From an uncultured Armatimonadetes bacterium (GTDB taxonomy: Bacteria > Armatimonadota > Hebobacteria > Hebobacterales > Hebobacteraceae): DNA of 64,000 nucleotides. Under the pieces are notes generated by a model. The model saw nothing but the letters and a program-made list of their open reading frames with translations, searched no databases and was not told the DNA's origin. Made by a program: the position numbers and the translations under genes. Below, one piece after another: positions 38,806 to 48,623 of this stretch. The stretch spans positions 5,591-69,590 of the forward strand of contig OY970296.1 of assembly GCA_963716175.1 (NCBI GenBank). The letters run 5' to 3'. Position 1 is the stretch's first letter, and every line of letters starts with the position of its first letter.

Positions 38806-39087
38806 CCATGGGAAGGTTATGAAACAGCTTCTAGTCAACTTCCGCCCAGCGACCCTCTCGGACCTGCCCTAAGCCCCGAAGCGGCTCGCCTTCTTGGTTC
38901 AGCGGGAATCAGCTCTGTTCTTTATCGCCCAAGCCATCCCGCTCCTGCCGCCTGCCCAGGAAACCCCACAGGCCCCCGGTGCATGGCGACCTGGCACCAC
39001 GTGCGGGCCACCCCGGGAGCAACGGCAACGAACCGCGCAGAAAGCCGGGCATCTGCATTATACCAAGAGCGGGCCTCGAACATGCGC

Positions 39088-39348
39088 GCTCCGACGAACC
39101 CTGGGCGCATTAGCTTCCGCCATCCCACTCCTAAGCCGGTGCCGCTGCTGGAGGAGCTCATCCGCGCATCAGCACCCAGTCAGGGCCTGATCCTCGACCC
39201 CTTCGCCGGATCGGGGCCGACCTTGATCGCGGCGGAACGAACAGGACGTGCCTGCTATGCGGCCGAACCTGAGCCCAGGTACTGCGGTATTGTCCTCGCC
39301 AGATGGGAGGCGCTCAGCGGATGCAAGGCAACTTGTAGCACTGGATGA
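39088..39348 (+). pseudogene. C-terminal fragment of an N6/N4 DNA methyltransferase (SAM-binding motif I region only)
   Basis: FRHPTPKPVPLLEELIRASAPSQGLILDPFAGSGPTLIAAERTGRACYAAEPEPRYCGIVLARWEAL matches the C-terminal part of beta-class MTases. The DPPY catalytic part is absent, and the upstream ORF sequence is unrelated. Confidence 0.5.
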
Positions 39349-39399
39349 ATGGGGCGGGGAGATTACGCCAGCGCTGACAGCCCCAACGAAACGGACGTT

Positions 39400-40960
39400 T
39401 GCGCCACGAGAAGATGCTATGGCATTTGTCAAGCGGCCTGAGGCGCCAAACTGCGTATCATGAGACGGTTGGTTTCGTAGTCCGGATCAAAGGGCCGGCC
39501 CGTCTTGAGGACGGCGAAGATGATACGAAGCAGCTTGCTCATGCAGGCGATGATTGCTGCCTTGGGACGCTTGCCCTCGGCCAGTTTCCGGAGGTAGTAC
39601 TGCCGCAGGACGGGGTTGTGATTGCGTACCGAGAGGGCGGCCAGGTAGAGGGCATGGCGCAGGGCGGCGGGACCGCACTTGGATAGCTTGACCTTCCCGG
39701 CGAAGCGCCCTGACTGCCGGAACCGGGGATTGAGGCCAGCGAAAGCGATCGCTTGGGTGTCCGTGTCCAGCTGCTCGACGGGGAGCTCCGCCAGGATCAC
39801 CGGGACGGTGGCGGCGCCCAGGCCCTCGATGGTGAAGAGCAGATTCCCCTGCACCTGCTCCGCGATGGTCGTCTCCAGCGCCGCGAGACTGCGCTGCAGT
39901 TGGCGGATCGCCGCCACCAGCTGCCGCACCACCACGGCGTCGGTTGTGGTACCTTGCTCTCCTGGGATGGATCTGGCTGACGCCACCAGACGGTCGGCCC
40001 GCAGCCTGCCCACCCGACGCGTGTTGGCTTTCAGTTGTGCCACTCTGTCCGGCCGGGCCTGTGCCAGCATTCCTCCGAGGGGGTATCGATCGAGCACCGC
40101 CAACGCGCCGTAGCAATCAAGGCGGTAGAACCCGCGCTCCACACTGGGGTTGACGCGCTCCAGCAAGCTGCGGAGCAGGTTCACCTGAGCCACCAGACTC
40201 GTCAGCAACGTGTGGCGGCTGCGAGTGAGCCGGGCCAAAGCTGCTTGCTCTGCAGCCACCGTTGCGCGAGGTCGGAGGGCTCGGCAGTAGCGAGCCAGGA
40301 TGACGGCATCGACCCGATCGGTCTTCGTGCGCGCCATCAACACCTTGGCAAAGTGATGGCTGGAGCGAGCATTGACCACGCTAACCGTAAAGCCGGGCTG
40401 GGCGCGCAGGAACGCTGCCAGCCGGTGACCGTAGTTGCCGGTGGCCTCCAGGCAGACATGCAGGCTGCTGACCTCAGGCAGCCGCGCCAGCGCATCCAGC
40501 AGCCGCGCGTACCCAGCGGCATCATCGGTGAATTCGAAATCCTTCGTCCGCAGCTCGCCGTCTCCGTCCACCACCGCCGCGATAGGGCGGCCTTTGCTCA
40601 CGTCGATTCCCACGAAGTACTGGCGCATTCTCCTTGCCTCCGCTATCATGGACGTGCGGTGGCCGGGGCCTCCTGGCTGCTCAGTCCTAACCCTCACTCG
40701 GCTCAATGTGTGGTCGTCTGCCACAAGATGCTCGATCTGGGCTTGAGGCTGGGCCGGGAGCGACGTTCTTCTCGGTTGGGTCAAGGCCCGAGTCGGATTA
40801 GTGTCGTCTCCCGGCTCACCGCCTCTCCCCAGTTGCCTAACGGCCACTGCCCGATCCTGCATGAGGCCACCACCATCCATGATACGAGTCGGATACTGTC
40901 GCCACAGGGCTTCTGGCCCATCCTGACGCCGCAGATGAGTTTCGGAACACTACGGTGTAC
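39400..40960 (-). mobile_element. IS110-family insertion sequence (approximate ends)
   Basis: The ends are inferred from flanking gene fragments. IS110 elements lack long terminal IRs, so the boundaries are uncertain. Confidence 0.45.
39429..40628 (-). CDS. IS110-family transposase
   Basis: The N-terminal DEDD domain reads MRQYFVGIDVSKGRP... and the C-terminal Transposase_20 region reads ...LRQYYLRKLAEGKRPKAAIIACMSKLLRIIFAVLKTGRPFDP. The start ATG 40628 has a GGAGG/AAGGAGA RBS, and the upstream 84 codons are rejected. Confidence 0.85.
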   Translation of the reverse strand: MRQYFVGIDVSKGRPIAAVVDGDGELRTKDFEFTDDAAGYARLLDALARLPEVSSLHVCLEATGNYGHRLAAFLRAQPGFTVSVVNARSSHHFAKVLMARTKTDRVDAVILARYCRALRPRATVAAEQAALARLTRSRHTLLTSLVAQVNLLRSLLERVNPSVERGFYRLDCYGALAVLDRYPLGGMLAQARPDRVAQLKANTRRVGRLRADRLVASARSIPGEQGTTTDAVVVRQLVAAIRQLQRSLAALETTIAEQVQGNLLFTIEGLGAATVPVILAELPVEQLDTDTQAIAFAGLNPRFRQSGRFAGKVKLSKCGPAALRHALYLAALSVRNHNPVLRQYYLRKLAEGKRPKAAIIACMSKLLRIIFAVLKTGRPFDPDYETNRLMIRSLAPQAA

Positions 40961-41053
40961 CGACCCGACTTGACGCGCGCAGGGAGCTCTGTTCTCGGGC
41001 TCTCTCTTCACCACTCTCCTCTCGCCTCGCTCGCCGCGGACGCCGTTCCTGCC

Positions 41054-43010
41054 CTAGCTCCAGGGCGCGAGCTGCGTGTTCATCCCGAACAGCGGGTCGA
41101 TCAGGCTGCGCAGGCCGAAGATGAGGAAGTGGCCTAGCACCATGCCGAGGAAGAGCGGGCGGCAGGTCTTGTACAGCCGCAGGCCGCCGATGCGGCGTAG
41201 CGTGACCACGACGATCCAGGCGATGAGCGCGTTCGTCCAGATGCGCGCGTTCATGCCCCAGGTGTCGGCCATCACGAAGCCGATCGGGCTGATCCCCCAC
41301 CACAGGAAGCTGGTGTGCAGCCAGTGCAGCAGCAGCATGATCGCACCGCCGCTGATGAGGCCGAAGGGGAGGTAGCAATCCGACGCGCGTGGGTTGCGCA
41401 GGTCATCCATCAACTGCCCGAACTGGCTCAGACCCATGTCCCGGAACCCCCAGGTGTCGAACTTGAAGGCCCCGTGTGTATACGCGCAGTAGAGGACGAC
41501 CCACGGCGAGATGGCGAGCATCAGCACCACGGACACCAGCAGCCCAATAGTCACCAGTCGCCCCGGCAGCCGCGCCGAGTGCGCCACCTTCAGGTCGTTC
41601 ATCGCGTAGTGCATGAAGTTGACCTTGTACTCCAGCATGAAGGTGGCCTGAAGGTAGGTCATCATGGTGAGCGTGGGGCCGGAGTAGGCCCCGGCGCCAG
41701 TGAGGTTGACCAGCATATCCTTGGCCGGCAGTCCCGGGTCCGGGACATACACGCCGCTGGCCGAGACGAGGCGGGCCATGGACAGCGAGAAGGCGTAGTA
41801 GACGGTGATCAGCGCTGCGAAGGCCCATAGGCTCATGCCGGTGCGCGAGGCCCACAGCGCGATCAGGAAGCTGCTCGTCCCGAGCCCCAGCAGCGCCGCG
41901 CGGGGAGAGCGGCGCGAGCGGATCCTGCGGGACGGGCCGGCCGACCAGATGCCCGAACGCGTTGGCGATCGACTTGCGCGACTGCCAGAGGAGCAGCCCG
42001 GCCAGCATCAGCGAGCCGCCGACCTGTTGGTAGGTCAGAAAGGCCCAGGGGCTAAAGACCCGGGCGCTCAGCCCTTCCTGACCGAACCCAAGGACGGAGA
42101 GGGTGACGAGCGCGACGCGGTTGACGATGAAGAAGAACCACAAGCTGAGCGCCACCTCTGCCGGCAGGAGGGCGATGATACCGATGGTTTCGAAGCCGAT
42201 GTAGACCGTCGTGCCGGAGATGGCGTCCCAGTGACCGTTTCCCCTGAGCCAGGGGCTCAGCTCGAAATAGAGCGGAGTGTAGGGCACAGCCGGCGCGAAG
42301 GTGTGCGCCATCTGCACCAGCGACTGCACGACAGGCAGTGCGATCCCGGCCCACAGGTACCGGTTGCGGAAGAGCGGCGCGCGCAGGGAGGGCACGCCGT
42401 CGCCGACGATCTCCGTGGGGATGGCGGCGAAGGGGAAGCTCAGACGCTGCCCCTCGATCCAGTCCTTCCGCAGCAGACAGCCCAACGAGAACAAACCGGT
42501 GTAGAGGGCCAGCGCGAAGCCCGCCCAGGCGGCCATGGGAGTGAGCCACGGGCTCCAGGGGATGGCCGCGCCGGCCGGTGCGCCTTCGAAGTACCAGTGC
42601 ACGGCCTCGGGCAGCTGCACCTGGAGCCAGGTCGGTACCATCGGGAGAAACACCTCCGCCCACTGATTCCCCGGCGACGCGAAGTAGCGGGGATGCACGG
42701 AGTTGCCAGTGGAGTACATGTTCAGGCCCTCGCTCGCAAGGGCGCCTGAGATCGCCATCATGGCGTACATCAGCAGCAGTTCCGGGGCGGTGAAGGCCCA
42801 CTGCGGCCGCCGGCGCGCCAACAGTGTGTTCACTGGGAAGACCAGCAGGAACAGCACGAAGATCGGCCCCAGCGCCAGCGGCCGGAAGGCCCAGTCGTAC
42901 TTGTTCAGCGAGAGGTTGATCCAGGGTATCAGAAAGGCAAGCGCGACTACCAGTAGCGCGCCGACGAACAGCGCACGCAGCCGTGGCAGCCGGACCGTCG
43001 GCTCGGCGGG
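41054..43010 (-). pseudogene. large polytopic membrane protein (paralog of 55935-57866), disrupted by at least one frameshift, possibly a sequencing error
   Basis: ORFs 41403-42857 and 41054-41836 are co-linear with the N- and C-terminal halves of the intact paralog (...RLYKTCRPLFLGMVLGHFLIFGL versus ...RLYRRALPFFLGMIVSSSLIGFV). The N-terminus continues in-frame upstream to about 43010 without an obvious start codon. Confidence 0.55.
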
Positions 43011-43162
43011 TGCCGTCTCACTTGTCCTGGATGATGTCTCGATAGAGAACAGGGCGACGCTCTTTGGGCCAAAGATAGCGGAACTCAGCCGCGCCGTTCA
43101 CGGACAGCCAGGCCTCATAGTGCTCCTGGTCCAGATCGATATCGGCCAACACCCCGTCCTGT

Positions 43163-43183
43163 TCAGAAACTCATCTGGCTCCC
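43163..43183 (-). repeat. motif GGAGCCAGATGAGTTTCTGAACA, site 3 of 3
   Basis: The site is upstream of the frameshifted membrane-protein gene and is the same motif as at 30046 and 33096. Confidence 0.4.
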
Positions 43184-43442
43184 AGAGCCCCGTAGGGTCC
43201 CAAAACTTATCTGAACTCCGGTACCAGCACTGCTGGAGACCGGCAGTTGACTTCCAATCCGAGCAGCAGGCATCCTGTCAGCATGTTCTACTACCTGGTC
43301 TTGCTGTCCCTCTCTCCACTGTACGCCCTCATCGGCCGTCTCCTCCTGGACGACCGCGGCCGAGAGGTCGTCACTCTCCGCCAACAGGTTTCCATCCTCC
43401 ACGGTGATATGCTTTCCCAGCCCAAGGTGGGAGGGGCGAGGA

Positions 43443-43620
43443 ATGCCTTCACGGCCTGAACCCTTGCTAGGGGAGTTGCTGCTCCGGCACAGGCTGGTCA
43501 GCCCACCTCAGTTAGAGGAGGCGCTGCAGAAGCAGCGCGGCACCCCCAAACACCTCGGCGAGATCCTGGTGGAGATGGGCGCGATCAGCGAAGCCGACCT
43601 GGCGAGTCAGCCCACGTTGA
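43443..43620 (+). pseudogene. fragment resembling the N-terminal MshEN/GspE-N domain of a type II secretion ATPase
   Basis: LLGELLLRHRLVSPPQLEEALQKQRGTPKHLGEILVEMGAISEADLA resembles the T2SS-E N-terminal domain consensus. No ATPase domain follows. Confidence 0.35.
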
Positions 43621-43663
43621 GTCGGTGGGAGAGGGAGCTCGCGTGGAACTTCATCGTTGGTGA

Positions 43664-43825
43664 TTGGAATGGGCAGCCTCCAGCGTCAGCTTCTTCGCCG
43701 ATTACATCGACTCGCTCAAGACCGGCCGCGAGCCACACATCCCGTTCGCCGACTGCGTGCGCGTCACCGAGATCGCCCTCCGCGCCCGTCAATCCGCCAG
43801 AACAGGGAAACCGTACACGCTGTGA
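43664..43825 (+). pseudogene. C-terminal fragment of a Gfo/Idh/MocA oxidoreductase
   Basis: ...SFFADYIDSLKTGREPHIPFADCVRVTEIALRARQSARTGKPYTL* matches the C-terminal end of that family. No N-terminal domain lies upstream. Confidence 0.5.
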
Positions 43826-43936
43826 GAAACGAGGATAGTCGTCAGGAGCTTCGATCACCTCTGGCGACTCGCTCCTGACCGGCGGGATCCGCGCCGACCT
43901 GCGTCATTTGCGGACAACGTCAAAGGAGACAACCCG

Positions 43937-45643
43937 ATGCGCCTGCTCTCACCGTGCCTCGTGCTCTTGCTGGTCTGCGCCGCGATCCTTCTCGCCTCCG
44001 CCTCCGCCCTCGCGGCCGACCCGGTCCTCACTCAACGCTGGCTCTTCGTCATGCGCGGCATGCGGACGGCCGAGGACGTTGATCGCACCGTCGCCCTCTT
44101 CCCACGCGCCAAAGCCGATGGCTACAATGCCGTCGTCCTCTCCGATGGCGCGTTCTATGGCCTGGACAGGGTTGACCAGTCCTACCGCGACAACCTCAAG
44201 CGCCTCCAGAAGGCCGCCTTCGACAATGGCCTTGACCTCATTCCCACCGTCATGCCCATCGGCTATGCGGGGAGCATTCTCGATTATGACCCGAATCTCG
44301 CCGAAGGTATGCCCGTGAAGGACGCGCTCTTCGTCGTGAAGGACAAAGAGGCGCGCCTGGTCTCCGACCATCCCGTCGCCCTCGCGGGCGGCGACTTCGA
44401 GACGGCCGATGGCAATCGCTTCTCCGGTTGGGAAATGCAGGACAATGTCGGCACCAGCACCTTCGCCGATCGCCAGGTCACCCACAGTGGCGGCCAGTCT
44501 CTGCGCATGGAGAACATCCCGCAGGCCGAACCCAAGTGGGGCCACTCCCGCCTGATGCAGACCATCAAGGTCACGCCCTTCCGCCAGTACCACTTCAGCG
44601 TCTGGGTGAAGACCCAGGACTTCGAGGCCCCCGAGACTGCGCGCGCCGTCGTCCTCGCGCCGACCGAACATGAGCAGTACATCGGCAACCTTTCCATTCA
44701 CCTCAAGCGCACCCAGGACTGGACTCGCTTCGATATGCTGTTCAACAGCCTCAGCTTCTCCGAGGTCCGCATCTACATGGGATGCTGGGGAGGCAAGAAC
44801 GGCAAGATCTGGTGGGATGACGCGACCCTCGAGGAAGCCGGCCTCATCAATCCCCTTCGCCGCGACGGCTGTCCGCTCACCGTTCGCGGCAAGGACGGCA
44901 CGGTGTACGAAGAGGGGAAGGATTTCGAGGCGGTCAAAGACTCGGAGCTCGCGCCCTACGCCTACTACCACGATCCCCTCGCCATCCGCCTCACCGCCCA
45001 CAGCCGCATACGCGACAGTGCCCGCCTGCGGGTGAGCTACTATCACCCGCTCATGAATCCCGCCGAGCAGCCGAACTGCTGCCTCAGCGCCCCGAGGCTC
45101 TACGGCCTCCTCCGCGACGAAGTGAAACGGGTCAACGACCTGCTGCACCCCAAGGTTTTCTTCATGCAGCACGACGAAATCCGCATCGGCAACTGGGACG
45201 CGTCGTGCCAGGACCGTCACCTCACCGCCGGCCAGATCCTCGCCGACAACGTGCGCAAGTGCATCCGCATCATCCGCGACATCCGGCCCGACGCCGATAT
45301 CTGGGTCTGGTCAGACATGTTCGACCCCATGCACAACGCCGTCGGTAGCTACTACTCCGTGAACGGCAGTTGGGCCGGCTCCTGGGAGGGCCTCGACTCG
45401 AAGATCGGCATCGTGAACTGGTACGGCGAACTCCAAGGGAAAAACGCCAAGTTCTTCGCCGATCGGGGGATGCGCCAGATCTTCGCCGGCTACTACGACG
45501 GTAACGAACATGGCGAGGACGTCGCCCCCTGGTTCAAGGGCGTCGCCGGCCTCCCCGGCATCGTCGGCGCCATGTACACCACGTGGCAGGACAAGTATGC
45601 CGCCATGGACGAATGGGCCCGTGCCGCCTGGGGCAAGCCCTGA
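43937..45643 (+). CDS. secreted protein with a CBM-like (galactose-binding-like) domain, putative carbohydrate-active enzyme
   Basis: The signal peptide reads MRLLSPCLVLLLVCAAILLASASALAADP. A beta-sandwich region reads GGDFETADGNRFSGWEMQDN...SLRMEN...HFSVWVKT. The gene is divergent from the polytopic membrane gene. Confidence 0.5.
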   Translation: MRLLSPCLVLLLVCAAILLASASALAADPVLTQRWLFVMRGMRTAEDVDRTVALFPRAKADGYNAVVLSDGAFYGLDRVDQSYRDNLKRLQKAAFDNGLDLIPTVMPIGYAGSILDYDPNLAEGMPVKDALFVVKDKEARLVSDHPVALAGGDFETADGNRFSGWEMQDNVGTSTFADRQVTHSGGQSLRMENIPQAEPKWGHSRLMQTIKVTPFRQYHFSVWVKTQDFEAPETARAVVLAPTEHEQYIGNLSIHLKRTQDWTRFDMLFNSLSFSEVRIYMGCWGGKNGKIWWDDATLEEAGLINPLRRDGCPLTVRGKDGTVYEEGKDFEAVKDSELAPYAYYHDPLAIRLTAHSRIRDSARLRVSYYHPLMNPAEQPNCCLSAPRLYGLLRDEVKRVNDLLHPKVFFMQHDEIRIGNWDASCQDRHLTAGQILADNVRKCIRIIRDIRPDADIWVWSDMFDPMHNAVGSYYSVNGSWAGSWEGLDSKIGIVNWYGELQGKNAKFFADRGMRQIFAGYYDGNEHGEDVAPWFKGVAGLPGIVGAMYTTWQDKYAAMDEWARAAWGKP

Positions 45644-45919
45644 TGATCGGAGACGGACGGTGCTCCCTGGAGGTGTCGGGCGCCCGTGAGACCGCAATTG
45701 CGGAGGTTCCCGGTCACCCACGCTGCTCACGCGGCGAGCCCCTAGACAGTGATCCGCGGCTCTGCGACCTTCCGGACCCGTGCCTGACCCCGGATCTGCT
45801 TCGCTGATCGATCGGGCTTCTGCCAGTGGTGGCCCTGGTAGACCACCGACGGGGTCGCTCCGTCGAGCCCTCCATGGCAGCGGTGGCGGTTGTAGTAGAC
45901 TTCGGATGTCAATCGGCTT

Positions 45920-46075
45920 CGAAAACTGACCCACCCTGGATTGGTGAGATCAGTTCAGCGTGGCCTCTGGATTCCTCGTGTTGGTCCTCCAGCTTCCGTT
46001 TCCACTGGGTCAGGTCTCCACGCCGATTTCGCCTCTAGCTGGGTCATGCCGGCACGCCGCCTAACAACACCAACG
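45920..46075 (+). repeat. copy B of the roughly 150-bp dispersed repeat (see 19880-20030)
   Basis: About 80% identity to the reverse complement of 19880-20030. The repeat overlaps the 3' part of the small prepilin-like ORF on the minus strand. Confidence 0.5.
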
Positions 46076-46137
46076 ATCGCGAGAGTGACCAGCAGCTCAA
46101 TGAACGTGAACCCAGTGCCTTTCCCAGGCTTGGCCAT
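45955..46137 (-). CDS. small prepilin-type N-terminal domain ORF (60 aa), probably a truncated type IV pilin-like / DUF1559 gene
   Basis: MAKPGKGTGFTFIELLVTLAIVGVV... carries the class III signal-peptide motif G/FTFIELLV. An AAGGGGG RBS precedes it. Confidence 0.35.
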   Translation of the reverse strand: MAKPGKGTGFTFIELLVTLAIVGVVRRRAGMTQLEAKSAWRPDPVETEAGGPTRGIQRPR

Positions 46138-46351
46138 CTCTATTCCCCCTTGCTCCGAGGCGTGACGCGAGCGTACCAAGCCGCACCTCAGCCGTCAACG
46201 TGCAGAAGGCACCCTGTCCACCCCGAAAGCCACACCTGGAGCAGATCAGCGGTACTCAGCAGCCTTGTCTCACGAGGAATGCCCGCCTTGTCGGGCAGTG
46301 GCTTCGTAACATTGGTTCCCGCGCCATTCGGGCCCGGGCTTCATCCACCGA

Positions 46352-48623
46352 TCACTGCCAAGCTGTCACCCGTGAGAGCTCAGATTGAAGCTTGCACAGA
46401 CGGCCGTAGAGGCCGTCTCCGTCGAGCAACTCGTCATGAGTGCCGATCTCGACGACCCGCCCACGCTCCAGGACAATGATCTTGGAGGCTTTGCGCAGAG
46501 TGGAGAGCCGGTGGGCGATGGCGAACGTGGTTCGGTTCTCCACCAGGCGCTCGAGGGCTTGCTGAATCAGCATCTCGGTCTCGGTGTCAACTGACGACGT
46601 TGCCTCATCCAGGATGAGGATAGGCGGGTTCCTGAGGATGGCGCGAGCGATCGAGACCCGCTGGCGCTCGCCTCCGGACATGAGCTGACCCCGCTCACCT
46701 GTCAGGGTGTCATACCCATGTGGTAGATTCACGATGAAGTCGTGCGCGTTCGCCATCTTGGCGGCCGCGACGATTTCCTCTGCCCCAGCGTCGGGTCTGC
46801 CATAGGCGATGTTCTCGGCTACCGTGCCGTGGAACAGGAACGGCTCCTGGAGTACGACTCCGATCTGCTGCCGGAGAGGGCGCAGGGCAAGCTGCCGCAC
46901 GTCGATCCCGTCAATCAGGATCTGGCCGGACTCGGCATCGTAGAATCTGCTCAGCAATTGCACGAGTGTGCTCTTGCCTGCGCCGCTCGGGCCCACAAGT
47001 CCAATCACCTCGCCCGGCTCAGCCGCAAAGCTGATGTCAGTCAGAACGGGCCTTCCGGGCTCGTAGCCGAAGCTGACGCGCCTGAACTCGATGTGGCCGG
47101 TGATGCGCGGCAGTGTGATTGAGCCGGGGGCATCGGCGAGCTCGGGCGACGTGTCGAGCACCTCGAAGACCCGCTCCGCCGCGGTCAGCGCGTGCTGCAC
47201 CTGGTGGTTCATCTCGCCAAGATTCTCCACCGGATAGTAGAAGGACCAGAGCAACTGCGTGAACATCACCAGGGTGCCCGCGCTGGTCAGTTTCTGCAGC
47301 ACCTGCATTCCCCCGACTCCCTGCACCACCAGGAAGCCGACCGCGGTCATGAGTCCGAGCGCAGGGAAGAATGTCGTCCACAGTCTGGCGGCGTTCAGCT
47401 CCTGGATGAAGAGAGAGGCGCTATGCTCGCGGAAACGTTTCGACTCCCGGCTCTCCTGGACGAAAGACTTCACGACCCGGATCCCGGGGATGGCGTCAGT
47501 CAGGGCGGCATTCATCCCCGACCAGCGTCGCCACAGCTTGTGGTAGACGACATGGATGAGCTTGCCGAACCAGACGGTGCCCAGGACGATGAAAGGGGTC
47601 GGCAGCAGGGCGAGCGCGGCCAGCGTCGCGTTCGCCTGGAAGAGCATAATGCAGATGATGGGGATGGTGAGGAGATTGATCAGAATCTGCTGCAGCCCAT
47701 CGGAGATGAAGTACTGCAGTTGCATGATGTCGTTGGTCACCCGAGACATGATCTGGCCCGTCTGCCGGCGACTGAAGAAACCCAGCGAGAGTAGTTGCAG
47801 GTGATCGAAGAGCTGGGTGCGCATGTCGAAGACGACGCGGGAGCCCAGCCACTGCATCATGTAGCCGCGGACCATGCTGATGCCCGCGTACACGACCTCG
47901 ATCACCAGCATCCAGATCACCACGATGGCAAGACCTGGCAGCCATCTCCGGTGCCAGAACCTGGTCAAACAGATACCGGGTCACGTAGGCCGGCAGCAGG
48001 CCGACCACTGTCAGCACGGTGCTGAGCGCGAAGCCCGTGATCGCGACCGCCTTGTGCGGGCCCAGGTAGCCGATCAGACGAAACAGCAGCTGCCTGCGCT
48101 GTATGCAGAAAGGGCACACCTCGGACCCGGCAGGGACTGCCCGTCCGCAGGTCTCGCACCGTCCCGCTTTCGAGGCAGACGCGGTGGAACGTTCCTGACC
48201 CTCGTCCTCGCTGCCAGTCAGTTGCCTCAGCAGATGGTAGACGCGGCTCGCCTCTGCCGCCACCGAACGGGAGAATCGGACCAGCTCAAAGGCCGCGTCG
48301 TCTGTGGCGACCTCGAGAGCACCTCCTCCGATGAAATCCCTTAGCCGCACTCGGCGGACATCCGCTAGTGGGAGGTCCAGCTCCAGCCATGCGGAGCCCT
48401 CCTCCTGGGCGAGTGTGACTAGTCTCTGGTCAGTCACCACGAGCCAGCGGTTGCCGTAATGACCTGATAGTGTCATGTCCGAGTAGACAGTGGCCAGACG
48501 GGTCTCATCAGGGGCCAAGCAGGCGAACAGCTCCGCCGCCTGCTCGGGAAGATCCGCTTGCAGGGCCGCGTCGTTCAAGAACGGCTGCAGCTCTTTCGTC
48601 TCCATGCTGGTCATCGTCTTCAT
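46352..48623 (-). CDS. ABC exporter (fused TMD-NBD) with N-terminal cytoplasmic PH-like domain and zinc ribbon; apparent frameshift near 47950
   Basis: The NBD carries Walker A GLVGPSGAGKST and the signature LSGGERQRVSIARAIL. The TMD starts in ORF 47496-48623 (...RRQLLFRLIGYLGPHKAVAITGFALSTVLTVVGLLPAYVTRYLFDQVL) and continues in a +1 frame (ORF 46352-47968). The N-terminus carries CETCGRAVPAGSEVCPFC. Confidence 0.7.

Noticed and set aside
39487-40153. Multiple ORFs on both strands inside the IS110 element
   Set aside because: These are alternative-frame shadows of the IS110 transposase gene.
43905-43925. GGACAACGTCAAAG upstream of 43937 as a fifth LacI-type operator
   Set aside because: It shares only the CGTTGTC half with the other sites and has two or more mismatches to the consensus, so it is probably a chance half-site.
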